Origin: Takakia lepidozioides
Taxonomy: Eukaryota; Plantae; Bryophyta
Direction: 5' to 3'
Assembly: GCA_030704615.1 (NCBI GenBank)
Contig: CM060734.1
Span: 42,160,001 to 42,224,000, forward strand
Length of the DNA: 64,000 bases
In this document: in pieces, positions 25,988-38,386 of the stretch
Layout: every line of letters starts with the position of its first letter
Position numbering within the stretch: position 1 is the stretch's first letter
Program-made: the position numbers and the translations under genes
Notes under the pieces: generated by a model
What the model saw: the letters and a program-made list of their open reading frames with translations, nothing else
What the model was told of the DNA's origin: nothing
Databases searched by the model: none

Positions 25988-27459
25988 CAACGAAACCAAG
26001 GAAGAAACATAACCTTGCAGTCTCACCTCTACCTCTCGATCGAATTGCAATAAAATGGTAGTAGCTTTATAATACAACCAATGCAACAATACAACAAGAG
26101 AGACACAGCTACCTTCATACTTCCATCGCACCCACATTGAGACATCAGGTTAGCAATTGGTTCTTCTTTAAAAAGATCATGCACTTGGCTACAATATTAT
26201 AAGCCAAACCCTCCGAAGAGTAAAGTGATCCACCATAATCTCCTCTCACCTGCAAATGCCCTCGCAAAGAAGGCCCCACAAGAAGAGGAAGAGACACGAG
26301 AGGAGAGAAGAACAAGAGAGAAAACCAACTATCTTTCAAGCAGCGATTCTTTAAAGCAGCAATTCCTCCTCGTCACGTCACGTCATTACCACCACAACTT
26401 GCAGCAACGGCTTGCTAGCAACAAGCACCACGGCTAGGACCACTGAGCTGTCAGTGTTTGAAAGACGGTTGAATTGTTCACGACGATTCTTGTACTCGTT
26501 CGAGACCAAATAAGAGAATATTCAGTTCGGGATGAACTAAACTTGTACTTCTCGAAATTACGAAAAGAAAGCAATAGGAACGAAGCGCTCAAGTGTTTTC
26601 TGTTGCGCTACAGGAGTCGTGGGAGCTTATGATAGAATCGTACACATCACAAAAGGTTCGATGTTTGTTAGCCCGACATGTTATAGACATAGGAACCGAG
26701 TGGGAAAATGATTTGTTGCGTATAGTCAGCGATCTGAAGAACGTGGAGGACCTACCTGGTGGCTTACACATACTAACAACTATTTTCCTGACCCAATTAC
26801 GTTTTTTGAGAATAGTTTTGGACACAAAGACTCTAGAGACTTAGGTCGCGAGAGGCCACGGTACCCTCCACCACCAGAAAAAAAATAAAAAAAATCGAAG
26901 GTACATATGTCTACGGATATTCCTACAACATCTCTTGCACTCATTTTATAATCAGATGGTTATATCACATATGATTTGAGGCAAAGGTGATTTTGTATCG
27001 CAAGGATGTGAACAGGTGTAGGATTCAGTATGAGATACTCACCCAAAGCGAGAAATCGACCGCCCTCAACGCAACCAAGGGAGAAACATGACCTTGAAGT
27101 CTCACCTCTACCTCTCGAATTGCAATAAAATGGCAATAGCTTTACAATACAACCAATGCCACCAATACAACAGACAGACAGAGCTACCTTCATACTTCCA
27201 TTGCACCCACATTGAGACATCAGGTTAGCAATCGGTTCTTTTTTTAAACTGATCGTGCACTTAGCTACAGTATTATAAGCCAAACCCTCCGAGAGAGTAA
27301 AGTGATCCACCATAATCTCCTTTCACCTACAAACGCCCTCGCAAAGAGGGCCCCACAGGAAGAGGAGAAGATGCGAGATGAGAGAAGAACAAGATAAAAG
27401 GACAACTACCTTTCAAGCAACGATTCTTTAAGCAGCGATTCCTCCTCGTCACGACACGT
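25988..27459. repeat. Two ~395-bp diverged direct repeats (25988-26383 and 27067-27459)
   Basis: The copies are collinear from CAACG.AACCAAGG to CCTCCTCGTCACG.CACGT. No TG..CA ends, PBS or PPT recognised. Confidence 0.85.
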
Positions 27460-28671
27460 TAAATAATAGCACTATCATTCATTGCACACAACCATGCTAT
27501 CATTTTTTACTCTCTAATGTTTTTATCTATAATGCATAGGCTCCCCACCCTTAGTTTAAATTTCAGTCCACTGCCAACTGTATGTTGGCCCTTTAGATCA
27601 TCATTTTAAGGTCTTCATGCGCAACTTCATTTTCTGCCTCTCCCGCGAAGCCTGTTTAACGGGACGGTCTTCCTTCCAATAAATTATCACAATTAGAATT
27701 AGATCGACATCAGTAACCTAGTTTAACCCTTAAATGCCCGCAGGCCTCCGTTGACTCTTTATTTGCAATTGGTGTAGATTTCAAATCATTTATTTGGTCT
27801 GCCTCTCCGCATTATCATTTTGTTTTTCCATATTATTTGAAGTTATACATATGCCCAAGTTTTTATTGTTTACGGTGGACATTAGGTTGTCTGCATAAAC
27901 TCAGTGACAAATATTATTGTTTTGAACAAAAGGTGTCTTGATAAAAGTACTTATGCGGATATGGGTATTTCTCTTCAAAATTGAAGGTCGTTTGTTATAT
28001 GAGCTTTCATGAATATGTTCAAAAGAGACCCACCTTCTTTTTTTCTTCATTCGTTAGTAGGATCTCAAGGCTGGCCTTCATAATGCTCTTTTCATAATTA
28101 CACAAAGCAAGCAGACCTTATTTCCTAAGCCCCCCAACTTATGTTTTAAGTGTGCTCGTATTTACTCACATTGATGAAATATTCGAGTCATGTTGATGGA
28201 TATTGCTATTGGAGTGAGCCCCTCAAAAAGGTTTGCTCTTGTTCCGCCCAGACTAGGGGCACGGCCACAATGCTATCCCTGTGTCTTCAGGTTGCCCCGA
28301 GTTTAAATTTCAGTCTCGTGCCGAGGGTGGGTAAACCCTTGAGGTCATCCATGATGGCCTCTCCCATGTCAAAGACTGGAAACAAGTTCAGAGAGGTCCA
28401 ACTCAGCCTGATGAGAATACCCCCGGACATTGTAGCAGAAAACGGATATTGTCTTCAGGCCACCCTCACATTGGGCATTGACAATCTCCCTTTCCTCTCT
28501 ACATCTTTTTGAGAAAGAGAGTTAGCACATAACAGGTAGCTATATAAACTATTCTATGTGTCAAATTGTTGTACAAGGACAAACAAGCTCATGTGAAATA
28601 TGATGGCACATAGAGCTTGTTGTTAGGCACTGGTAAAATGCAGAGAGAACATTCTGCTGCTCAGATGGATC

Positions 28672-28708
28672 CACCTGCCAGCTGCAGCATATATGTTTGA
28701 TAGCAATT
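28672..28708 (-). pseudogene. Second short PPR E-domain fragment
   Basis: Minus strand reads LLSNIYAAAGRW, duplicating the E motif at ~29020-29060. Confidence 0.7.
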
Positions 28709-28754
28709 GTAAATTCAGTGGAGGAGGTGTCGTAGGGGTCGTGCAAAACCAGGG

Positions 28755-29989
28755 GCCCGCTTCTCACTGTGGTGACAAAGAGAAAATTCCTTTCTCTCCT
28801 CCCCCACATCATGCAATACAAAGCGCGTGTCAAGCACATACCCCACCTCCTTCATCTGCCCACACAATCTTCTCAGCTCAGCATGGATTTCCTTAATTCT
28901 GGGATGCAACTTGTCATCTACAACGAAGGTGTGCACCCTGTTGCCAACCTCAATGTAGAAGCGATCTGACTCCTTTCTAACCCCTCTGACCTTCATCATA
29001 TTTCTCACCTTTGTAGTATCATCCCACCTGCCAGCTGCAGCATAGATGTTTGATAGCAACACATAAGTCGCGACATCCTGTTCATCCCACTTGAGGATAG
29101 ATGTTGCCGCACGTTCAGCCATTTCCACATTGCCATGGATTCTGCAGGCACCAAGCAAGGCCTTCCACACCACAACATTTGGATTGATTGGCATTTTATC
29201 AATCAGGTCCACTGCCTCATCCAGGTGTCCCGCACGTCCAAGAAGGTCCACCATGCAGCCAAAAGTGCTTTACTGTCGGCGTAATAGCATGATCTTGACT
29301 CAGGGAATCAAAGTAGCGCCTTCATTCATTCAGTAGGCCAGTGTGGCCGCATGCAGAGATAACACATATAAAGGTGATACTGTCCGGCTTCAAGCCGTTC
29401 TTTTACATTCTTTCAAATAGTTGCTGGACCTCCCTATGACAACCATGCTCTGGGCATATCCTGCGATCATCGCATTCCACGACACCACATTTCGTTGTCA
29501 AATACTCCATTTGCATCCTCAATGCACCCCTTCCCCCATCATTTGCTCATAGGTCTCCAAGTCCTCCATCCCACACTCCTGTTGTGCATATCCTTCAGTC
29601 GTCGCACTCCACGACACCAAATTTCGTTCAGCCATACTGTCAAACACACTCCGTTTGCATCCTCAATGCTCCCACATTTGGCATACATGTCCACGAGGGT
29701 ATTGTTCATTTATCACATCTGGTACAAATCCAGCTTTGGCGATGCAACCATGCACCTCTTTGCCCCTTTCCAGGGTTGTTAGGCTTGCACACGCACTGCA
29801 AACGCATACAAACGTGATGGGGTCGGGCTTCATCCCTTCCCCCATCATTTTCTCATAGGTCTCCACAGCCTCCATCCCACGCCCCTGTTGTGCATATCCT
29901 GCAATCATCGCCCTCCACGACACCACATTTTGTTCAGCCATACTGTCGAACACTCCCTTTGTATCCTCGATGCACTCACATTTGACATA
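28755..29989 (-). pseudogene. PLS-class PPR-E-DYW RNA-editing factor pseudogene
   Basis: PLS repeats (VFDSMAEQNVVSWRAMIAGYAQQG, KPDPITFVCV), E domain (MVDLLGRAG..YVLLSNIYAAAGRW), degenerate PG box, and a DYW start ending at CHHSEKRA. Multiple frameshifts; the 5' side is cut by the LTR at 29990. Confidence 0.9.
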
Positions 29990-30696
29990 TGTTGTGCGCA
30001 TACATATCGCTACACAACTACATCGTTGTCCAAAACCACACAACACATGTGCACACCACACACTAGTATACCACTAGTCCACCACTAGTCCAACCACTAG
30101 TCCAACCACTAGGCTACAACTAGTCAGTCACTAGGCTACCACTATGCTACCCACCATGGCAATCACTAGTCCACACAATGAGAAAGAAGAAGAATACAAG
30201 CACAAGCTCATGCGAGCTCACAAAGCTGAAGCATAAACTCATGCATATATAAACTGATCACTCAAGTACAAGTCAAGCCAAGTGCACCCCACGCCATGGG
30301 GAATCCACACTACGGCGCCATAGCTAGGCGTGGTGAGGCTCAACTCGAGAAAGATGAGCCTCCCCGCGCTTGCCGTGAAGATAACCACTCCAGGGCCTAA
30401 ATCTGCCTTTGACCCCTGGGTTGACACTTGGGCCAATCCCAAATGTCAATATGTAAAAGCTAGCTATTTTCTAGCTAGTTTCACACTAGTGGTAAAATAA
30501 CTTGACAGCGTCGTGTGCATACATATCGCTACACAACTACATCATTGTCCAAAACCACACAACACATGTGCACACCACACACTAGTATACCACTAGTCCA
30601 CCACTAGTCTAGCCACTAGTCCAACCACTAGGCTACAACTAGTCAGTCACTAGGTTGCCACTATGCTACCCACCATGGCAGTCACTAGTCCACACA
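29990..30696 (-). repeat. 3' LTR of Gypsy element 1, with terminal direct repeats (A-B-A)
   Basis: TG..CA ends, preceded on the minus strand by the PPT-like AGGGGGGCGAT. 29990-30177 is repeated at 30509-30696. Confidence 0.8.
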
Positions 30697-32505
30697 ATCG
30701 CCCCCCTAGCTGGTGCTTAGGTCCCTCTAAGTCCAGGTAGCCACAAGATGTGATAGTGACCATAGCCTTACTAAGTCCTCCACCACTGTCCCTACTACAC
30801 TTAACCTCGATAGATCAAGAGGCCGGGTGCAAGAGTTGCCCCATCGTTAGTCGCCGTCTTGCAACCTGTGAACTTGAGCCTGGGATCTCATGTGTGGACT
30901 TCTATGAGCTTGGCCTCCCATGTCTTGTTAGCTGCCTCTAGTCATATCCATTGCCACTATCCCAAGCAATGTAGACACAACCAATCTCCATCAGGAACCT
31001 TCTCAAGAGGTGGTGTCAAGCAACCCATGTGCCAATCTCTTGAGCATCGATCACACACCAGCATGGTGGCTGCCCCTTTGACAGACCCACAGAGCATGCA
31101 CCTCAAACCTACAGGTACCACTGCCAAGTTTGGGTCAACTCTGCCATCGACATTGGGAAGGTGACATGGCGCACAATCACGCACATGGTCCTTCCAAGTC
31201 ATGCCATCCCGACCCTCCAAGATCAGGACCCCTGAGGGCAACACCTCTCAAACCCTCAGAATAACACGCCCTGCAGTAACATCCAGGGTTGTAGGAGTAG
31301 TTTGCTGCAAATAAACATAGTCACCAGGGCTAAACTTCCGAACCCCAGGACGATATCCTCCACCACGTATAGTGGCATACCTCAATGTATCACGGTGTTG
31401 TGTAATGGCAAGGTTCTCAAAAGCCATGGGCATGACTTTCTTGAACAACTCTGTAGCTGATCACATGCACGTACCCACACGTCCGGATCATCAAGGTTAA
31501 GGACCTGAGCACTGTCCCTACGAATGGCTGCAGGCAAATCCGGCTCTCGGCCAAAGAGAAGGAAATATGGTGAGAAGGAGGCAAATGATGCTTGCTTGCT
31601 AAACCGGTAGCCCCTAGCTAATCAAGGCACATGAAGATCCCAATCTCCTAGGTGTCCCTTCTGCCAGCCATACTTGTGCAAACCCCTCTTCACCGTCTGA
31701 ACAACTCTCTCTCTACCAAGCCATCGGCCTTGGGATGATCCCTGAGAAGTGGTGCGGTGGTCTATCAAAGCTTTATCACACAAAGCCTGAAACTCCCCCA
31801 AGAACTCTCTCCCTTGGTCCGTGAGTACCTCAGCTGGAGCACCGAATCGGCTAAGCACACGATCCAAGAATGCATACGCAGCCCCCTCACTAGCCTTGTC
31901 AGGCAATGGAACCAACTCAATCCACTTGGAGGAGAGCAGCTGCAGCGTGAGCAGAAAGTAGAAGTGGAGCGTATAACCGTGGAAGAAGCAGGGCATATTG
32001 TCGTTGACGCAAACTTATGCCTATTGGAGGTTTACATGCCATGATGGGACCGAAGGCGCCGACCTCCATGCCAGAAAATGTGGGATGAATGTGTACGAAG
32101 AACTTCTCGATGAATTAAGCAAGTATAAATGGGTTCACGGAAATGGATGAATATAGGATGGATGTTGGATGACAAAGGGTGGATGAATGTAGCACGAATG
32201 AATAGATTGCAAGAAAACATTCATGACATTCATCATTTTCATAACAGTCATGGAGTATCATCTCATTCATTCATCTCATAGAAAGTGAATACTAATGCAA
32301 TTCTGCAAAACAATCATTGATCTCATTAAGAAAGTGTTCCCATTATGCAGCACTAAGCCAAATACAAGTCGACCTGGTTGGAACACAAACATGCATTGAA
32401 AATCAACATTGAGAAGAAATCTTCATTGCAAAACAACATTCATCTCATTCAAAAATGCATCCTTGATGCAAACGTACCCATCTCCAAAGTCCGATACACC
32501 CAGAT

Positions 32506-33798
32506 TTGAGTAACAATTACAAGGAGGGCAAACGAGTAGAGTTGTAATGCAAATCCAGACTACATCTCAATTTGTACCCGAAGGATCTCGCTGTAGCAAT
32601 GTGTGAACGTCGCTGGGTCCAATCGTACATTGGTGAATGTACGTATCTCGTGGTGGCTGGCAGGATATGACGCTTGAGGATATTGCGGACATGCCCTCCT
32701 GCAATCTTTCGGAGACAGTGCACAATGTTTGGATGAAGCAATCCGGGAAGAACGGGCAGGATCTGTACGTTGCCACAGCTGATGACATGATCCGCGCGCT
32801 CACGCAACAAACACGGTACCGGGATTTCCTTCGAGGACGGGGTACAGGCAAGGGGCCAGACAGGGCAGAGTTGCTGCTCAGGGCTGCAAACAGATTGAAA
32901 GACCCTAGTAAGATGGCACGGGCTGTGAACGAGTGCACAATGGGAACACCATTGCAGTCACGGCTTGCACATCTGGAAAGAGAGGAGAGGTTTGGTTCGT
33001 GCAAAAGAAAACTTGACACCCCACCAGGCTCGGATGCAGATTCACACCGCCACAATCGGGAGAACTTTTCAGTACCATGTGTGCCTGTGCCCCCTACTTT
33101 CGTGGGTGCCACCCCCTTTGCGTGGGAGTCCTCTTTGCCTTCGTTCCCTCAGGAGTCTCCAACCACCACAGTCCCCGGTGAAGGGGAGAACACGCTGCTG
33201 GTAGAGGAGTCAAACTTTACAGACGCAATGTGGCATATCGAACAGACTCCCCATGGATCAAAAGTCAAATGTGCCGCTATTAGGGCCCCCTCGTTCCAGA
33301 AGTGCAAGTCCCAAATTTCCAAAGTGACTTGCGGAACTCCTGCCCCGACGTTCATCGGCTTGTTCAAGCATTACCAGTCGCGGGAGTCTAGGCCTCACAA
33401 GTTTTGGTTCTGCCCGGATGACATTGTGCGCTGTGTCATGGGGACTGTTCGGGAATCTGTGATAATGAAGCCTAAAATTCCAGCCGTGTGGCCAGTGCAG
33501 TTTGGAACCGCACTGTCCAAAGGGATTGACATGCTGGAGGAGGCCGGGTTTCACCTTCCGAGAGCCCCTCCTGTCGTAACACCAGTTGACCCAATGGCTT
33601 TCCCTTCCAACTTTACGGCACGTCCTCGACATGGAAATGATAGGCCCACAAAAAGGGATGGAAAAGCGGTACGTTTGGTTGAGGCTGGTGCAGTTGACCT
33701 CTGGATCAGTTGTTCATGACCGGACCTATGACATTACTATTGGCGATTTCCCTAATTGCACTTGTCCGGACTTTCAGAACACGCTCTCAAGTTCTCAA
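32506..33798 (+). pseudogene. C-terminal part of the MULE transposase (last catalytic Glu region, SWIM-like finger), inverted relative to the rest of the gene
   Basis: Acceptor at 32663, then PSCNLSETVHNVW and, after a frameshift, YDITIGDFPNCTCPDF. Bounded by TTGAG/CTCAA. Confidence 0.72.
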
Positions 33799-33885
33799 TG
33801 AGTTTTCATGTTTTGAGTGCAGTTTTACTGGACAAGATCAGGCATCAAAGTGAAGAAACAAAACCGTCTAACTCCTGGAACTTAC

Positions 33886-35730
33886 TGTTGTCATGAAACC
33901 CCCCCACTGTCTGTATCGGAAATGCCAAAACCCAAACCAGTCGTCCAGCTCTTTGAGGCCTTCCTGGCTTGATGCATCCGAGGAGTACCACCATGCTCGG
34001 ATAGTTTGATAAAGGGAGTTTGCCTCATGGTCCGTCCTTGCATCTTTGTACAAGCGGCATAGTCTCATGTGCTCGTCCTGCAATTCCACTTTTATGCAAC
34101 TCTTTGTATGCCTTCGAAGGGACTGCGTCCAATGAAAGAGACAAGTGCGCTCTCTACCTTCCATAGGTGTTTTGGGGTCTCCAGATCCAAACACACACCG
34201 TACTGCATTCAAGTTTGCCTGGGCGCTGTCAGCCATGAATCCTTTGAAGTTTGGATCAGGCACACCATTCAAATTCATGACGTTCACAAGAGACCTCCAC
34301 ATCAGAATTTGAGATTGTGTGTCCTCGGATTGCATGTCGCAAACGGCTATAGTCATTACTCTCTAGTAAGTGGGATCATACACATGACAAGCCATGGTTG
34401 TCCACTCTTTAACACGTTTGACATGATCGAACATGAGCCATGATTTCTGCAGATCGCCTCCAGGCTGCATTCTTCGGACCAGGCTAACTCCACTAACCTC
34501 CCCCACCGTGGACATTTTGAATAAGTACACTTTCAAGGATCCCTGGCCTGGAAAGACACTATCTTGAATAAAGTCATATTTTCTTCAACGCTTCAAGTCC
34601 AGAATGCTATCAAGAGGACCTCTGTTCCCTGGGCCTATTCGCAGTGCGTTGATGTGATTCCGGACATTGGGCGAGCTTAAAGTGGAAAAATGGTCCATAA
34701 CAGCATCTAGCTTTGAGGAGTCCAGCTTGGCTAAGATATCGTCTGGTTCTCCAAGAATATATTTTTGCAAGAACGTCTTACTTGCCGCAAGTGCAATGGC
34801 TGACGGCATAGCATTTGGAGCGTTGTGAACTTCTTGCTGCATGAGTCCCAGTGTCGTATCTATACTTTCCCTGTAATCTCCTTTGCACATGGGGTGATCA
34901 TGATTTCCGAGATGTATACAAGCCGAAGTAAGGGTCTGGCAACGATGAAGAACGTAGTACATGCATGTGGGGACGGATTTGCAGAACCTGCATATGAACG
35001 TAGTGTTACTTGGAGTGGCACAACCCACTGCAAATGGGTTGTCCGCACAGCCCTCCCACTTGGTTTCGTTTGCGGAACCAGTCAGCTCCAGGCCACTGCA
35101 ATTTGCATTTGCACATCGCAGGTGCCCAACGCAAACTGATCTCCGAAACTTCAACCCATGAGGATTGTGTATGTTAGAAGTTTTCGTCCGGCACCAAGGG
35201 TGTCCATCATGTTTCTTGTCCATACCTTGCATCAAACCAGCCAAACCTCCACATGAGGTTGGAGGCAGCAACTCGAAGAGGACATCACCATCAAATTCAG
35301 CAGGCAGACATTTTGCTCTTTCAATTCGAATTGTACCCCATGCAATCCCACGCACATCACTCCTGCAATTAGGCAAACCTTTCAAAGACTGCAGCTTGGG
35401 AATGACACTTGTAATCTCCAGGACATCTGCGTCAACATAAGGACTCGTGTTTTCACACCGTTGATTTTGACCGTTACATTGAGGGCGTAACGGAAAAGGT
35501 ATCCAATGCATTGCATGCGCCGAATTCAGCGACGACCAACCTGTCACCGCTGGACACATGTTATGGCATACACCGACATCCAGGGTGGATGAAGAAGTGC
35601 ACATAACACATGAGGAAGAAGCCGTATGTGGACAATGTAACGAAAGTCGCGGACAAGACCTTTTCCATTCATCCCCAAACCCCATGCATCATTTGAAATA
35701 CCCCTCTGCAAAGCACCGTCCTTTCAAAGA
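33886..35730 (-). pseudogene. MULE transposase N-terminal and catalytic part: GCM-like DNA-binding domain plus DDE core
   Basis: One reading frame with in-frame stops (~35689, 34585-34587, ~34364). DGHPWCRTKTSN..RRSVCVGHLRC..C..CRFC..HLGNHDH is GCM-like. WLMFDHVKR, GFMADSAQAN and CLFHW are the MULE D, D and CxxH. Ends at a GTAAGT donor near 33885. Confidence 0.85.
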
Positions 35731-35939
35731 GAGTGACCGTGCGGAGTGCCTAGCAAGCTAGAGGGGTTTAGAACAGATAGGAGTGCATCCAAGCGTCGCA
35801 GAAGGAGGCAGTCTTTGTATTTCACTACCGAGAAAGAGCGAAGGAAAGCACATGAGAGAATGAAGGACAAGAGGTTAGGACGAGTGTTCGAAAAGATGGT
35901 TGCGGCATCCAGTAGAGAAAAGGGAGAGGGAGAGGGAGT

Positions 35940-37361
35940 GGGCAGGACTTTACTGCTGGAAGTTATACCCGCATTGTTCAGTGCGTGTTCGATGCCAAGC
36001 TACACCCTTCCCGTTCTGATTCGGCAAGAGAGATGAAAATTGTTAATGAGGGTTGGCTGTCGATGATGCAGAGTCGAAAGAGAGGATACACTGGGGTGCC
36101 TTCGCCTACCTGGGACAATATAATCTCATTCCTCAATCTGGTGAGAATTCCAGTTTCTTTCTTTTTTCTCTGAAAGTTTCGTTGGCAGTATTTCAGTCTC
36201 GTTCTTTGAAAACATTCTTGCCATCGTTCTTATAAAAAACATGTCTGTTGCAGGTGAGCACAGGTCCCACCTTCGTGTGTGGTGTGCAGAAAACTTATGC
36301 GGCCGACATTGTTATTTTCGACATCCCGGATGGCCAGGCTGTGCCAGAAGTTCTTCCAAAAGGCAAGACGCCAGGCTGGAACAAATTCGAGGACAACTAC
36401 TAGAGTTGGGTGTTCGGGTTCTGTAATAACTTTCTCTCTGATGCAGGGACACTTCTGCTTTTTCAGTCATGTGACAATGATAGTCGTCGGGCATTGGCAT
36501 CATACCTGAAGTCTTCAGGGTTTGAAGTTTTGCGCACATGGAATTGTGTGAACAACCTCTACCTTGTGAAAGGGGGTTTCCCTGGTCAGCTGGTATGCCG
36601 TCTCCCTTCTGCTTGTGCTTTCATGATGAGTTTCAATGTTATTTGCAGCTCCACTCTAGTAGATTCTGTTATGATTGACACCGATTCATGATAAAAATGA
36701 TCTTTTTGTGTCTGAGTTCTGAATAGCCGATGTACACACTTCCACTATAGATTGTGTTTACCACACTAACCTGCTATCTTTGGCAGACGAGGATGTTCGA
36801 GGCGATCTGCCTACGCAGGATTCGCACCTCCAAGACACCATCCTCCATCCGCGACTTTGAGATTTCTGACCAGGGTTGTTTCGTCAAACCCCCCTATGAG
36901 CCCCACGTCGATGACATTTTGTACAACTTCATGCAGTCCAGTCAGACTCTGAAGAGACCAGATGGCACTCCTTGGAGAGGTGCAAAGGAAAAATCCCCAG
37001 CGTTCATGCAAATACTGCTGGAGTCATGCAGCCACCACTCTGCACGGGTGGTCGATCTTTCTGTGTCCACAGGTTCGTTCTTTCCCTTCTGAATTGGTTT
37101 TCTTTCAACAGTTTCATCTGCTTAAATCCCCCCCACCAAACTGTTCATGTCCTCATGTCTGGTGCAGGAGCAACTTACCATGCATGCAAGGCAGGCGGAA
37201 AAAGCCTTTTTGGCATGGAGGGTGATTCTGACCTCTACAACACAGTGCTCCTCCCCCTTTTGTCTACCTCCACTTCAGGCACACAGACTGATCGGATTCA
37301 AATTCGAAATGATGACGATCCCGAAGATAAGCAGGTCGACAACGACTTTTCATGTGAGTAA
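35940..37361 (+). pseudogene. Beta-class N4C/N6A DNA methyltransferase-like gene, copy 1
   Basis: Exons ~35940-36139, 36254-36592, 36787-37072, 37168-37361. Motif order IV (IVIFDIPDG), VI (FLSDAGTLLL), X (WRGAKEKSPAFM), I (RVVDLSVSTGA), II (LFGMEGD). One in-frame TAG at 36401-36403. Confidence 0.78.
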
Positions 37362-38386
37362 GTGCTAAACCCTCTTTGGCAGCCATACTCAATTTCTCAA
37401 TAACATCAAAGTCACAGTAATAACTTTTTAAGGCTGTCTTTCAGGAAAGGCAGCGGTGGATCTTCAGGAGATACAATCATTTCTGACAAGTCTGTTTTCG
37501 ACAGCCCCCTTTCCAATTTTCTGCTTCCTGTTTATGCCGAAGCAATGGCACTTCACGCGGCCGAGTCCTTATCCCCTGACTTTTTACTGCCCAGCCGTAG
37601 GTGTATCCAGCGTGGATCCGGTGTTCTAAAATACTTAGACTTAGATGCAGAGGAAGCGGGGATACATTGTACTGACTCTGAGTCAGACTGAACTTTATTC
37701 TTTTAATATTCATTTTCATACTATCTGGAAAACGTTGAATCCCCTTCCTCCACCGTAGTTGTTCCTTTAGAACAAATAATAATCACATAATCAACTTTCA
37801 TTTAAATTGCAATATGTATGAATCCATCTCACAAACCTCCCTGACTCTTCTCATATCCATTGTGCATTCATCTACAGTGTATTCATGCGTGCTCCATTCA
37901 TGAATTTTTTCCTTTGTTCAACATCCATTGTACATTCATCCTCTGTACTCTTTAATCCACCCCACAAACCTTCCACACTCATTTCATATACGTTGTGCAT
38001 TCGTCAAAAGTTTTGGTCATGCATCTTCATGTCATGAATTTTTGTCATTGCTCAACATCCATTATACATTCATCCATTTTACTCTTATCCATCCCTCATT
38101 CATCCATCTACATTCATTTTTCACACTCATCCATCTGTTTATCATCCAATTGTATATTCATCCATCCTTTATTCAATGCCTTTTATTATGTCGTCCAGCT
38201 TGTTTCCGCGGTAAAGGGTGCCAATCCGCGGGAATACACTCCACTTCTTTCTGGGCACGTGGTGACGCGGCCTTCACGTGTGATGACGTGGAGTGAGCCC
38301 CGTGACGTGGCATTGGCGCAAGGTGATGTGGCGTGAGCGCAGTTGCGCTCACGCGCTCACGTGACCAGGCTCACGCCGAGGCATCC

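Noticed and set aside
36885-36897. KPPY as the MTase catalytic motif
   Set aside because: Not conserved in copy 2 and not after a hydrophobic strand. DIPD occupies the motif IV position in both copies.
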